DNA of 64,000 nt from Candidatus Moraniibacteriota bacterium (lineage in GTDB: Bacteria; Patescibacteriota; Minisyncoccia; Moranbacterales; UBA1568). The position numbers and the translations under genes were made by a program. The stretch lies in NCBI GenBank assembly GCA_963778555.1, contig CAVZUR010000002.1, positions 37,817-101,816 of the forward strand, given 5' to 3'. Position 1 is the stretch's first letter. Each line of letters begins with the position of its first letter. Of the stretch, positions 9,785 to 19,309 are shown in pieces. The notes below the pieces were generated by a model. That model was given only the letters and a program-made list of their open reading frames with translations. It ran no database searches and was not told the DNA's origin.

Positions 9785-10186
9785 ATGCTTTGGATCAAGA
9801 CCTACCTCCTCACTATCCCGGTGTTTTTCGTGATTGACATGCTCTGGCTCGGTTTTTTCGCCAAGGATTTCTATCGTTCTCAGCTCGGCGTGCTCTTACG
9901 AACGGAGTTCAATTGGGCCGCAGCTGGGATTTTCTACGGAGTCTTCATTATTGGCATCCTTTTTTTCGCAGCTGCACCGGCGCTCGAATCGGGTGACTGG
10001 AAACATGCGCTCCTGAATGGAGCCCTATTTGGCTTCATGGCCTATGCGACGTATGATCTCACCAATTTGGCGACTCTACGGGACTGGCCACTGACTGTCA
10101 CGATTGTCGACATCGTATGGGGAACAGTGCTCTCGGGCCTTGTCGCACTCGCCTCATATCGGATCGCATTTTTCCTACAATCATAA
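9785..10186 (+). CDS. DUF2177 family membrane protein
   Basis: 133 aa with 4 TM segments. The N-terminus 'MLWIKTYLLTIPVFFVIDMLWLGF' is characteristic of DUF2177. Confidence 0.55.
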   Translation: MLWIKTYLLTIPVFFVIDMLWLGFFAKDFYRSQLGVLLRTEFNWAAAGIFYGVFIIGILFFAAAPALESGDWKHALLNGALFGFMAYATYDLTNLATLRDWPLTVTIVDIVWGTVLSGLVALASYRIAFFLQS

Positions 10187-10189
10187 ACT

Positions 10190-10564
10190 TTGTGCCCAAT
10201 GCAGTTCAAAGACGCGTTTAAAGTCGCTTCAATACCAGTCATCATCGCGTCTTTATGCTGCCTTTCGCCGGTCATTCTGGTTCTTTTGGGCTTGTCTTCG
10301 GTCAGTTTTGCAGCCTCGCTTTCGAGTACGTTTTACGGCGAATATAAGTGGTTCTTTCGACTGGCGGGACTGCTCGCCCTCGTCAGCGCCTACATCTATC
10401 ATTTACGACGCCAGGGTATCTGCACGCTCGACCAGGCGAAGCGGGAGCGCCGCCGCGTCCTGAATGGCCTACTAGTCACTCTGATTGCCGGTGTGCTCGG
10501 TTACCTCTTCTTCCTCTACGTGGTGGTCGAGTATCTTGGGAAATGGCTTCAGATCTGGGAATAA
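10190..10564 (+). CDS. hypothetical membrane protein (CC motif in first TM)
   Basis: 124 aa with 3-4 TM segments and a 'SLCCLSP' motif. No firm family assignment. Confidence 0.45.
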   Translation: MCPMQFKDAFKVASIPVIIASLCCLSPVILVLLGLSSVSFAASLSSTFYGEYKWFFRLAGLLALVSAYIYHLRRQGICTLDQAKRERRRVLNGLLVTLIAGVLGYLFFLYVVVEYLGKWLQIWE

Positions 10565-10623
10565 GATTGACTAATCGACCGAAACGTGCCAAGATAGCTT
10601 GATTCAGTACTAACCTTTATCGC

Positions 10624-11889
10624 ATGAGTTTTCATAACCTCGGTATTGCCCCCGGACTCCTCGCCATTATCGATGAACTCGGGTTCAAGACACCTACGCC
10701 TATCCAGGAACGTTCCATCCCAATTGCTATTACTGGCAAAGATGTCATGGGGATCGCGCAGACCGGCACGGGCAAGACGCTCGCATTTGGTATTCCAATG
10801 CTTGGACGCATTCTCGAAGACAAGACCCGTCAGGGACTCATCATGCTGCCGACGCGCGAGCTCGCGCTCCAGGTTGATGAGACATTTCAAAAAATCGGCC
10901 GCAAACTCGGCATCCGCACGGCGGTTCTTATCGGCGGCGACTCGATGGAAAAGCAGAAGCGCCAAATCCGTGCCAATCCGCACGTCATTATCGCGACACC
11001 GGGCCGTTTGAACGATCATCTCGGACAGCGGACAGTCCGACTCGATCAGGTGCGCATCCTTGTTCTTGATGAAGCGGACCATATGCTCGACATGGGTTTC
11101 GCGCCGCAGATTGCGGAGGTCGTGAAGCATGTGCCGAAAGAGCGCCAGACAATGCTCTTTTCCGCGACCATGCCCCATGAAGTCATCCGCCTCGCTACGT
11201 CCTATCTCAAAATCCCGACCCGCGTTGAAGTTGCCCCGCCCGGGACGGCCGTCGAGAAAGTCGCTCAGGAGCTTTTTTTCGTGCCACACATGGAAAAGCT
11301 CGACCTCCTCTTAAAACTCCTCAGCGAATACAAGGGAAGCGTGCTCGTCTTTACCCGGACGAAATTCATTGCTAAGCGCATCGCTCTTTCGCTTCGCAAC
11401 AAAGGCCATCAGGCGGTGGAGATTCACTCGAATCGCTCGCTCTCTCAGCGTCGGGAAGCCCTGGACGGCTTCAAGGCGGGCCGCTACCGCGTGATGGTAG
11501 CAACGGATATCGCGGCGCGTGGTATCGATGTCTCCGGCATCGAAGTTGTCATCAATTATGATTTGCCCGAAAAGGCCGAAGACTATGTGCACCGCATTGG
11601 TCGAACCGCGCGTGCTGGTCGCGAGGGTCGCGCCATCTCGTTTGCGACGCCTGACCAGAAAGGCAATGTCCGCGATATCGAACGACTTATGCGTATCACC
11701 TTGCCAGTCACGGGCGGTACTGTTCCGGCCGGCGAAATGAAGCCGATGCGGACGGTTCGTCGTCCCTCTTCCACGGTTCGTCCCGGTACTCGCCATTTCG
11801 GCCGCCGGCCGCTAAAGCTGTACAAACTGACGATTCAGTGCTACGTTCCTGGTACTTCTTTCCCAACCAACTGCGGAGGTTTGCCATGA
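10624..11889 (+). CDS. DEAD-box ATP-dependent RNA helicase (RhlE-like)
   Basis: Q-motif/'PTPIQ', 'AQTGTGKT', 'DEAD', 'SAT' and 'HRIGRTAR' motifs. Confidence 0.9.
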   Translation: MSFHNLGIAPGLLAIIDELGFKTPTPIQERSIPIAITGKDVMGIAQTGTGKTLAFGIPMLGRILEDKTRQGLIMLPTRELALQVDETFQKIGRKLGIRTAVLIGGDSMEKQKRQIRANPHVIIATPGRLNDHLGQRTVRLDQVRILVLDEADHMLDMGFAPQIAEVVKHVPKERQTMLFSATMPHEVIRLATSYLKIPTRVEVAPPGTAVEKVAQELFFVPHMEKLDLLLKLLSEYKGSVLVFTRTKFIAKRIALSLRNKGHQAVEIHSNRSLSQRREALDGFKAGRYRVMVATDIAARGIDVSGIEVVINYDLPEKAEDYVHRIGRTARAGREGRAISFATPDQKGNVRDIERLMRITLPVTGGTVPAGEMKPMRTVRRPSSTVRPGTRHFGRRPLKLYKLTIQCYVPGTSFPTNCGGLP

Positions 11890-12299
11890 CTGCACGGAAA
11901 CGGAAGCGGGGGATTCCGACTCCCCCTGCCAATTACATCGAGCTACGAATCCCGCTAGCCGGCATCAAGCCTGAAACGCCGATGGCCACCGTCAATGACC
12001 TCGTAAGGCCGTTGGTGTTGAAGGCGATTTTGCATCACCTCCACGGGTTTCCGAGTGAAATCGTACCCGATGAGGGAGCGGTGGAATGCGACTATTTTGC
12101 GATTGGCCGCTCGCAGGACCGATACGCAGGCCGCAGTCGCATCAATGTCCGCTACCGCCTGGCTCGGCCGCCGGCCAAGTCGAATGCACGACAGCGATTC
12201 AGCAATTACAGCCGTTCTCGCCATCTGTATGCCTGGATTGGCCGGGGCACGCTGGGAGGCATTGCATTGTTCGTGCGCGATCAGTTGATTCGCACCTAA
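11886..12299 (+). CDS. hypothetical basic protein
   Basis: ATG at 11886 overlaps the helicase stop (ATGA). About 137 aa, Arg-rich, with no recognisable domain. Confidence 0.4.
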   Translation: MTARKRKRGIPTPPANYIELRIPLAGIKPETPMATVNDLVRPLVLKAILHHLHGFPSEIVPDEGAVECDYFAIGRSQDRYAGRSRINVRYRLARPPAKSNARQRFSNYSRSRHLYAWIGRGTLGGIALFVRDQLIRT

Positions 12300-12327
12300 G
12301 GAGGATGACCACATGCGTTCTCTTTTG

Positions 12328-12370
12328 AAGCTCTCGGCGCCGTACCGGCATCGAGAGCTTTTCATTTGTT
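12328..12370 (+). terminator. rho-independent terminator after hypothetical gene 11886..12299
   Basis: A 9-bp stem AAGCTCTCG/CGAGAGCTT followed by TTCATTTGTT. Confidence 0.55.
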
Positions 12371-12395
12371 CAGAAATGTATAGTATACGCAGAGT

Positions 12396-13199
12396 ATGGT
12401 AAAGCAGACTATTTTATTTATTGGCAGCCTGGCGCTTCTGATACTTAGCGTATTTTTTTCTTGGGATTACATGCTCGAGCGAGCGGATGAGGGCATGACA
12501 TTCGATCAAGGGCTCCCTGTACTGCCGATCGTTGAGGAAGTGCGTGTGATTCATGATGAACCAGTCCCGATTTCCGAAATCGCTCCTGAACCTCTAGCAG
12601 TTCCTGAACCGAAATCCTGGCCAGCTGTCCCCTTCATGGTTCAAGCACCGACGGGGGAGTGGGGGAGGAGTGAATTCCAGAACGGATGTGAGGAGGCTGC
12701 AACGCTGATGGTCTCGGCCTGGCGAATAGGGAAGACGTACTCGAAGGATGAAGCAAAGAGCGAGTTGGTCGCCATGGCACGTTTCCAAGAAAAAATGATC
12801 GGCCAAGGAGTCGACACGGACGCGAATGACACGGCAGCGCTTCTTCTCGGGGAGTATTTTACAATTACGGATTATCATCTGAGTTATGATTTTTCGTTGG
12901 ATGATCTGAAGCGGGCGTTGGCGGAGGGGCTGATTATTGTACCGACGAACGGTCAGACTTTGAAGAATCCCAACTTCACCCGGCCCGGACCGCTCCAGCA
13001 TATGCTCGTCATCGTGGGGTACGATCCGCTAGCCAAAGAATTCATCACCAATGATCCCGGTACGCGCAACGGCGAGGGTTATCGCTACGCAGAAGATGTT
13101 TTATATGCCGCCATCCGCGAGTATCCGACGGGCAAACATTTGCCCGTCAAAGGCCAGCGCAAGGCGATGATTGTCATTCCTGAACAGTCCAAGCCTTGA
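12396..13199 (+). CDS. peptidase C39-like (papain-fold) domain protein with N-terminal TM anchor
   Basis: Catalytic Cys context 'FQNGCEEAATLMVSAW' and a C-terminal His in 'HMLVIVGYD', as in the Peptidase_C39_2/BtrH-like family. Single N-terminal TM. Confidence 0.6.
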   Translation: MVKQTILFIGSLALLILSVFFSWDYMLERADEGMTFDQGLPVLPIVEEVRVIHDEPVPISEIAPEPLAVPEPKSWPAVPFMVQAPTGEWGRSEFQNGCEEAATLMVSAWRIGKTYSKDEAKSELVAMARFQEKMIGQGVDTDANDTAALLLGEYFTITDYHLSYDFSLDDLKRALAEGLIIVPTNGQTLKNPNFTRPGPLQHMLVIVGYDPLAKEFITNDPGTRNGEGYRYAEDVLYAAIREYPTGKHLPVKGQRKAMIVIPEQSKP

Positions 13200-13282
13200 T
13201 GTTTCTCGCTTTTGTGCTACCGTAGCAGCACTGTTTTCGAAGTTGTTTCCCAATCGCAACCCACCACTAGAGGAGGTCTTCC

Positions 13283-13705
13283 ATGACCGTCGCGAAAGTT
13301 AGTAAGCCGTCGCAGTTCACCGCGCGTATCAAGCATGATTTTTTCATCCACCCGATCGGGCAAATGACATCAGCGAGCACAATGCTGCTCTTGAAAGCGT
13401 TCAATCTAGGCGATTCAGACGCCGAAATGACACATCTGGAACTCGGTCCCAGGAAGAAGATTCCGGTCTGGCCAGTGACAATCGGGGCGATGTGGCAAGT
13501 GCATCAGTCCAGAGACTTCCATGTGCGGGAGCACTATCTTCTTTATCGGAGGAATCCCGCCACCAGAGCCGTGAGTCTCGTGCCGGATACGTATTTTCAC
13601 GGCGTTCGGACCAATCCCGTCGTCAAAGCAGCGCGACGCGCGCTGTCCGCCATCCACGCGGCCAGAACAAAACCAACCACGGCCAAAGCCGCTGCTAAGT
13701 GTTAG
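13283..13705 (+). CDS. hypothetical protein
   Basis: 140 aa. Strong Shine-Dalgarno 'AGAGGAGG' 6 nt upstream, and a hairpin plus T8 terminator after the stop at 13727-13770. Confidence 0.5.
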   Translation: MTVAKVSKPSQFTARIKHDFFIHPIGQMTSASTMLLLKAFNLGDSDAEMTHLELGPRKKIPVWPVTIGAMWQVHQSRDFHVREHYLLYRRNPATRAVSLVPDTYFHGVRTNPVVKAARRALSAIHAARTKPTTAKAAAKC

Positions 13706-13770
13706 ACTTCAGTCCGAACACGGAGCGAGAAACCAGCCAGGGAGCAACTGTATCCCGGTTGGTTTTTTTT

Positions 13771-14535
13771 ATGAGTGCTATACTTTTTCATATGGCTGTA
13801 CTTCGCTCTCGTAACATCTTTGATCCGAAAAGTGAGTCAGCGTTCAAGCTTTCGCGCTCCAAGATCGAGCAGTTCCTGTCTTGTCCACGCTGCTTCTATC
13901 TAGACCGGCGGCTCGGTGTGGGGCAGCCTCAGGGACCTCCCTTCAACCTGAATAAGGCGGTCGACACGCTTCTGAAGAAAGAATTCGATATTCATCGGGC
14001 TGCTTCGACACAGCATCCGCTCCTCGAAAAGTATGGCGTCGATGCACGGCCGGCGGCTCACGAGAATCTCGATATCTGGCGCGAGAACTTCCAGGGCGTG
14101 CAGTTCCATCATCTACCAACTAACTTCATCATCACAGGCGCGATCGATGATTTGTGGATCAATTCGCGAGACGAGTACATCGTGGTTGATTACAAAGCGA
14201 CGAGCAAAAATGAAGTGATTGATAAATTGAACGACGGCTGGCATCACGCGTATCGTCGTCAGATGGAGATTTATCAATGGCTCCTCAGGGCGAACGGCCA
14301 CACAGTTTCGTCGACGGGCTACTTCGTCTACTGCAATGCGGGGACGGACCACGAGGCGTTTGATGCGCGGCTCGAATTCGATATTCATCTCATCGCGTAT
14401 GAGGGGAATGACGATTGGGTCGAAGGTGTCATCTATCGCGCAAAAGAGTGCCTCATGGCAGACCAGGCGCCGGATGCGGCTCCTACCTGCGATTTCTGCG
14501 TCTATGCTGGCGCTCGAAGGGAGCGGGGCATATAA
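13771..14535 (+). CDS. PD-(D/E)XK nuclease family protein with Cas4/AddB-like Fe-S cysteines (DUF83-like)
   Basis: Motifs 'GAIDDL', 'EYIVVDYKA' and 'QMEIYQWL' (QxxxY). Cys pattern CPRC at the N-terminus and C-x12-C-xx-C at the C-terminus. An alternative GTG start lies at 13699. Confidence 0.65.
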   Translation: MSAILFHMAVLRSRNIFDPKSESAFKLSRSKIEQFLSCPRCFYLDRRLGVGQPQGPPFNLNKAVDTLLKKEFDIHRAASTQHPLLEKYGVDARPAAHENLDIWRENFQGVQFHHLPTNFIITGAIDDLWINSRDEYIVVDYKATSKNEVIDKLNDGWHHAYRRQMEIYQWLLRANGHTVSSTGYFVYCNAGTDHEAFDARLEFDIHLIAYEGNDDWVEGVIYRAKECLMADQAPDAAPTCDFCVYAGARRERGI

Positions 14536-14576
14536 AATAAATAAAAACGGGCCGCATACTTTTCAATATGGGCCCG
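14532..14576 (-). terminator. rho-independent terminator (minus strand)
   Basis: Read on the minus strand, CGGGCC...GGCCCG forms a 6-bp GC stem followed by TTTTTATTTATTTT. The T-tract overlaps the stop codon of the convergent nuclease gene. Confidence 0.6.
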
Positions 14577-14598
14577 AGAAGTGGGGTCAGATAAACAA

Positions 14599-14844
14599 CT
14601 AGATGGGGAGCCGGAGCTGCTCCTTGGGTACGGCCACACGGGTGCGTTGCATCTTGGACTTTACAAGATCCTGAATGATTCGCCGATGTGCCAAGTAGCC
14701 GTCCGTGAAGGGGATTACCTGGTGCGGTCGAGCCGCTTTGGGAAACACCTGTTGAAACACGCTAACGTTGAAGACCGGCCCCATCCGCGCGATGACAGCA
14801 TCGCGGATCGTGTAGTAGTACTCAGGGTGATTGCGCAGAGACAC
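14599..14844 (-). CDS. hypothetical small protein (81 aa), orphan minus-strand gene
   Basis: GTG start preceded by 'GGAGG'. Its own TTGACT-17-TATAGT promoter (14882-14910) and its own rho-independent terminator (14532-14576) flank it. No homology recognised. Confidence 0.5.
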   Translation of the reverse strand: MSLRNHPEYYYTIRDAVIARMGPVFNVSVFQQVFPKAARPHQVIPFTDGYLAHRRIIQDLVKSKMQRTRVAVPKEQLRLPI

Positions 14845-14881
14845 AGTATCCTCCAGTGGTTTGTAAGTTTACGATGCTAAT

Positions 14882-14910
14882 ACTATACACCATCTAAATA
14901 ATAAAGTCAA
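14882..14910 (-). promoter_or_regulatory. sigma70-type promoter TTGACT-17nt-TATAGT for the orphan small gene
   Basis: On the minus strand the -35 TTGACT is at 14910-14905 and the -10 TATAGT at 14887-14882, 17 nt apart. Confidence 0.55.
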
Positions 14911-15051
14911 CCCCGCTAGAAGTAAGTCCGGCCCGTCTTGTCATCTGCGATAAGTATGGGCCTGCGTACGTATCCACTGGACACACGTGGTTGGTTTGCC
15001 ATACTGTGACCGTGACTTCCGACGGGATCAAAGAGTGTATGATACCCATTC

Positions 15052-16323
15052 ATGACCCACCTTTGGCAGAAGAAAATCAGTCTCAAACACTTTCTGAAAG
15101 AAAACACGCTGCCCGAAATTCCAGGGGTCTATTTTTTCCTGGGAGCGGGGGATGAGATTTTGTATATTGGCAAGGCAACCGTGCTCGCCGACCGGGTGAA
15201 GAGTTATTTCGGCCCGGACCTCGAAGCGACACGCGGGCCGAAGCTGATCCTTATGCGCGAGCGTGCCATCGCGATTGCTTGGATTGCGCTCGACTCAGTG
15301 CTCGAAGCGCTCCTGTTGGAGGGCCGACTGATAAAAAAATACCAACCAGCTTACAATTCGGATGCCAAGGATGACAAGAGCTACAACTTCGTGGTTATCA
15401 CCAAAGAAGCGTATCCTCGCATTCTGCTCGTGCGCGAACGCGATATCGAGACGGGGAAGTTCACGTTTCCCATCAGGGAAACATTTGGTCCCTACACGCG
15501 CGGCCAAGCGCTCCACGCAGCTCTCAAGATTGTGCGTCAGATTTTTCCGTATCGTGACAAATGCGTCCCGTATGCAGAGCTCACGCAGGAGCAGCGGAAA
15601 AAATCGCGGCCTTGTTTCCATGCCCAGATCGGACTTTGTCCCGGCGTCTGCGCTGGAACGGTAACGGCGGTGGGATATCGAAAGACCGTGAAGCGCATTG
15701 CACTCTTCTTCGGCGGCAAGAAAGCGCATCTCGTAAAAAATCTCGAGCGTGAAATGAAAGTTGCCGCCAAGGAACTGCGATTCGAGGAAGCGAATGAGAT
15801 CAAGAAGCTCTTGTTTAGTCTCGGCCATATCCGCGATGTCGCATTGATGAAGGCCGATCGCGAGGAAGGTTCAGCGGCGCGGATCGAGGCGTATGACACC
15901 GCGCACCTCCAAGGCGAAGCAACGGTCGGTGTCATGACGGTGGTGCAGTACGCGCTGGCGAAGAAAAGCGAATATCGGCTTTTCACGCTCCGCAACGCTC
16001 ATGGCGGCAACGACTTGTCGGCGCTTGAGGAGATTCTGACGCGACGTCTGGCGCACGGCGAATGGCCGTTGCCTGAGCTCATCGTGGTTGATGGGCCACT
16101 CTTGCAGTCAGATGTCGCGACGCGGATCCTGAAAAAAAAAGGTCTGACAATCCCCGTTGTCGGCGTAGTGAAAAATTCCAAGCACCAGCCTGATCGAATC
16201 ATCGGACCGCGCGGACTCGTGAAACGTTTTGAAAAAGACATCCTCTTCGCGAATGCCGAAGCGCATCGTTTCGCGATTGGTTTCCATCGGAAGAAGAAAC
16301 GCGAATCTTTTCTTCAAGGCTGA
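15052..16323 (+). CDS. uvrC: excinuclease ABC subunit C (UvrC), short form lacking C-terminal (HhH)2 domain
   Basis: GIY-YIG 'PGVYFFLGAGDEILYIGKA', Cys motif 'CPGVCAG', a UVR domain and the RNase H-like domain 'RIEAYDTAHLQGE'. The protein ends after 'FHRKKKR', and no HhH is encoded in any frame downstream. Confidence 0.8.
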   Translation: MTHLWQKKISLKHFLKENTLPEIPGVYFFLGAGDEILYIGKATVLADRVKSYFGPDLEATRGPKLILMRERAIAIAWIALDSVLEALLLEGRLIKKYQPAYNSDAKDDKSYNFVVITKEAYPRILLVRERDIETGKFTFPIRETFGPYTRGQALHAALKIVRQIFPYRDKCVPYAELTQEQRKKSRPCFHAQIGLCPGVCAGTVTAVGYRKTVKRIALFFGGKKAHLVKNLEREMKVAAKELRFEEANEIKKLLFSLGHIRDVALMKADREEGSAARIEAYDTAHLQGEATVGVMTVVQYALAKKSEYRLFTLRNAHGGNDLSALEEILTRRLAHGEWPLPELIVVDGPLLQSDVATRILKKKGLTIPVVGVVKNSKHQPDRIIGPRGLVKRFEKDILFANAEAHRFAIGFHRKKKRESFLQG

Positions 16324-16484
16324 AATAATCTATTGCACGGGCGCGTTTTGATGATCTTTGATTGTATCCGGTCGCGTCTGGATGGAGCGATACTTTACCC
16401 ACGCCTGGAAACCTGGTACACTGGGAAGCAACTTGTTTCTATCGGTCATTCCTCAATTCTCTAGTTGTCTTTCTGGTCCGGACT

Positions 16485-19293
16485 ATGCCTGGAAAAAAGA
16501 GTGTCATCGAGATACGCGGAGCCCGGGTGAACAATCTGAAGAACGTGGACATCGACATTCCGCGCGATTGTCTCGTCGTTATCACCGGACTGTCGGGATC
16601 TGGGAAATCATCACTCGCTTTCGATACGCTGTACGCCGAGGCCAACCGGCGTTATGTCGAATCACTCTCGGCCTATGCGCGGAACTTCATGGAGGGCTAC
16701 GACAAGCCGGATGTCGATACGATAAAAAATCTTTCTCCGGCCATCTCGATCGACCAAAAGAGCGTCTCACGGAGTCCACGTTCGACGGTCGGGACCATGA
16801 CGGAAGTCTACGATTTTCTCCGTCTCCTCTTTGCCAAGGTCGGGAAGCCGCACTGTCCGAAATGCGGCCAGACGCTCTCGCGCAAGACCGCCGTAACCAT
16901 CTTGAATGAAATTCTGGCGCTGCCGAACGAATCGAACCTCGTCTTTGCGGCGGAAAGCCCGCTCCTCGCCGGGAAGAATTGGCAGCAGGCCATCGATCTG
17001 GTCGATGACTGGGGCTTTGTGCGTGTTTGGTACCGCGATGCGGCGGTCTTGCTTTCTGAGCTGCGGACGATCGTCGACCTGACGGCTCCGGCCGAGTGTT
17101 TGATTATCATCGACCGGATCGCGCTCGATACTGCCCGACCGGATAAAGAGCGCATGCTCGACTCGATTCATACCGCCTTTCAGACCGGTCAGGGTGTGAT
17201 GCGACTCTTGGCGGACGGGGAGCATTTTCATAATTACCATGAGCGCTATCGCTGCGAGGTCTGCCAGGTCGAGCTCCCGGAGTTTTCACCGGCGCACTTC
17301 TCGTTCAATAATCCCGAGGGTGCCTGCCCGACCTGCAGCGGCTTGGGCGTGACGTTGGAATTCGACCCGGCGCTCGTCATCCCGAACGATATGCTGTCGA
17401 TCTCCGAAGGGGCTATCCGTCCATGGAGCAAGATGAACAGCGATCGGGGAAATGGCAACGGTCCGATGGCACTCTTGCGGGAGATGGCAAAACGCGAGAA
17501 GATCTCGCTCGATATCCCGGTCAAGAAACTCACTGAGAAGCAGCGCGAGTATATCCTCCGTGGGGATGCAAAGCGTGATCTGGCGGATGAATTCGGTTTC
17601 CCGGGTGTTCTCGGCCTTTTGGAGCGGAAGTATCGCGAGACGAAGTCCGATCACCTGCGAGCGGAGATCGAAACCTTCATGTTCATGCAGCGTTGTCCGG
17701 ATTGTCTCGGGAAGCGGCTGCGCCGAGAGTCGCTTTCGGTCTTTGTGGGCGAGCGGAATGTCAGTGATTTTGTCAATCTTTCTATTGAAGAACTTATTGG
17801 ATTCTTCAAAAAGCTCCGGGGTACGCTGCTCCAGAGCGGGGAGGAGAAATCGCTCGTTGATCCATTGTTCAACGAGATGGAGATGCGGCTCACGGCCGTC
17901 GATAAGGTCGGTCTCGGCTATCTCTCGCTGTCGCGGAGCGCGGATACCCTTTCTGGCGGCGAAGCTCAGCGGATCCGGCTTTCGGTCCAGATCAAGTCCG
18001 GCCTTTCGGGCATCATCTATGTCCTGGATGAGCCGTCGGTCGGGCTGCATAGCCGCGATACGGACCGGCTCATCCGCGCGCTCGAAGAGCTCCGCGGTGC
18101 CAATAACTCACTCGTCGTAGTCGAGCATGACGTCTCGATTATGCGCAAAGCGGATTGGATCATCGATCTCGGACCCGGTGCTGGGAAAGAAGGCGGGGAG
18201 ATGATTTTCTCCGGCACCCCGGAGAAGCTGATGAAATCAAAAATGCTGACGGGACAATACCTCTCCGGCAAGCGTTCGGTCGTGAAAAAGGAGTCCCCCC
18301 GCCAGGGATCCGGCCGAGTCCTCTCGATTGAGGGCGCAACGGAACATAACCTGAAAAATGTGACCGTGGATATCCCGCTCGGGAAATTCGTCTCGGTCTC
18401 AGGCGTTTCGGGATCTGGCAAATCGACCCTGGTGCACGATATCCTCTCACGGGCGCTGGCCAGGCATTTTTATCAGGCCCGAACGGAGCCCGGCGCACAT
18501 CAAGCAATCAAGGGCATCGAGCACATCGACAAAGTGATCACCGTCACGCAGGATCCGATCGGGCGGACGCCGCGTTCCAATGCCGCGACGTATACCGGTA
18601 TTTTCAGTCTCATCCGGGACGTCTTTGCCGCGACTCCCGAAGCGCAGAAGGAACGGTATTCTGCTTCATATTTCAGTTTCAATATGCGCGGCGGACGCTG
18701 CGAAGTCTGCCAAGGCGGTGGATTGAAGAAAATCGAGATGTATCTCCTGCCCGGATGTCTATATTTCATGTGAGGTCTGCAATGGAACGCGCTACAACGC
18801 GAAGACGCTCGCAATCCAGTATCGGGGTATGCATATCTCCGAGGTTTTACGCATGACGGTCGCTGAGGCGCGGCACTTCTTTCTTGACCAACCGATGATC
18901 GAAGAGAAGCTCCGAGTTCTCGAAGAAGTCGGTCTCGGTTATCTCGTCTTGGGCCAGAGCGCACCTAACCTCTCGGGCGGAGAGGCGCAGCGTATCAAGC
19001 TCGCGACTGAACTCGCCCGGAAATCGACAGGCAAGACCCTGTATATTCTCGATGAGCCGACAATCGGACTGCACTTCGAAGACGTCCGGCGTCTGTTGGA
19101 GGTGCTCAACGCGCTGGTGGACAAGGGGAATACGGTCCTGGTCGTCGAACACAATACCGATGTGATCAAGGCCTCCGATTGGGTCATCGATATGGGACCG
19201 GATGGCGGTGACCGCGGCGGCATGATCGTCTATGCCGGGGTACCTGAAAAATTGAAAAAAATAAAAGCGAGTTTTACCGGGAAGTATCTCTAA
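16485..19293 (+). CDS. uvrA: excinuclease ABC subunit A (UvrA), frameshifted (ORF fragments 16362..18773 and 18829..19293)
   Basis: Both ABC modules and the zinc fingers are present. The frame breaks at CCC 18750-18752. Reading one base on restores the UvrA-like '[33 protein letters not shown]...'. Confidence 0.9.
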
Positions 19294-19309
19294 ACGTCCG
19301 ACGCCGCGT

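Noticed and set aside
14581-14880. + strand ORF 14581..14880 (99 aa) in the nuclease-uvrC spacer
   Set aside because: It overlaps the minus-strand small gene, which has its own promoter, SD and terminator. The + frame translation is low-complexity and has no start context, and the flanking hairpin and T-tract only work as a minus-strand terminator.
16358-16909. ORF 16358..16909 as a separate gene upstream of or overlapping uvrA
   Set aside because: It lies out of frame within the 5' region of uvrA. Its composition is nonsense-like, and the true uvrA start is the ATG at 16485 ([20 protein letters not shown]...).
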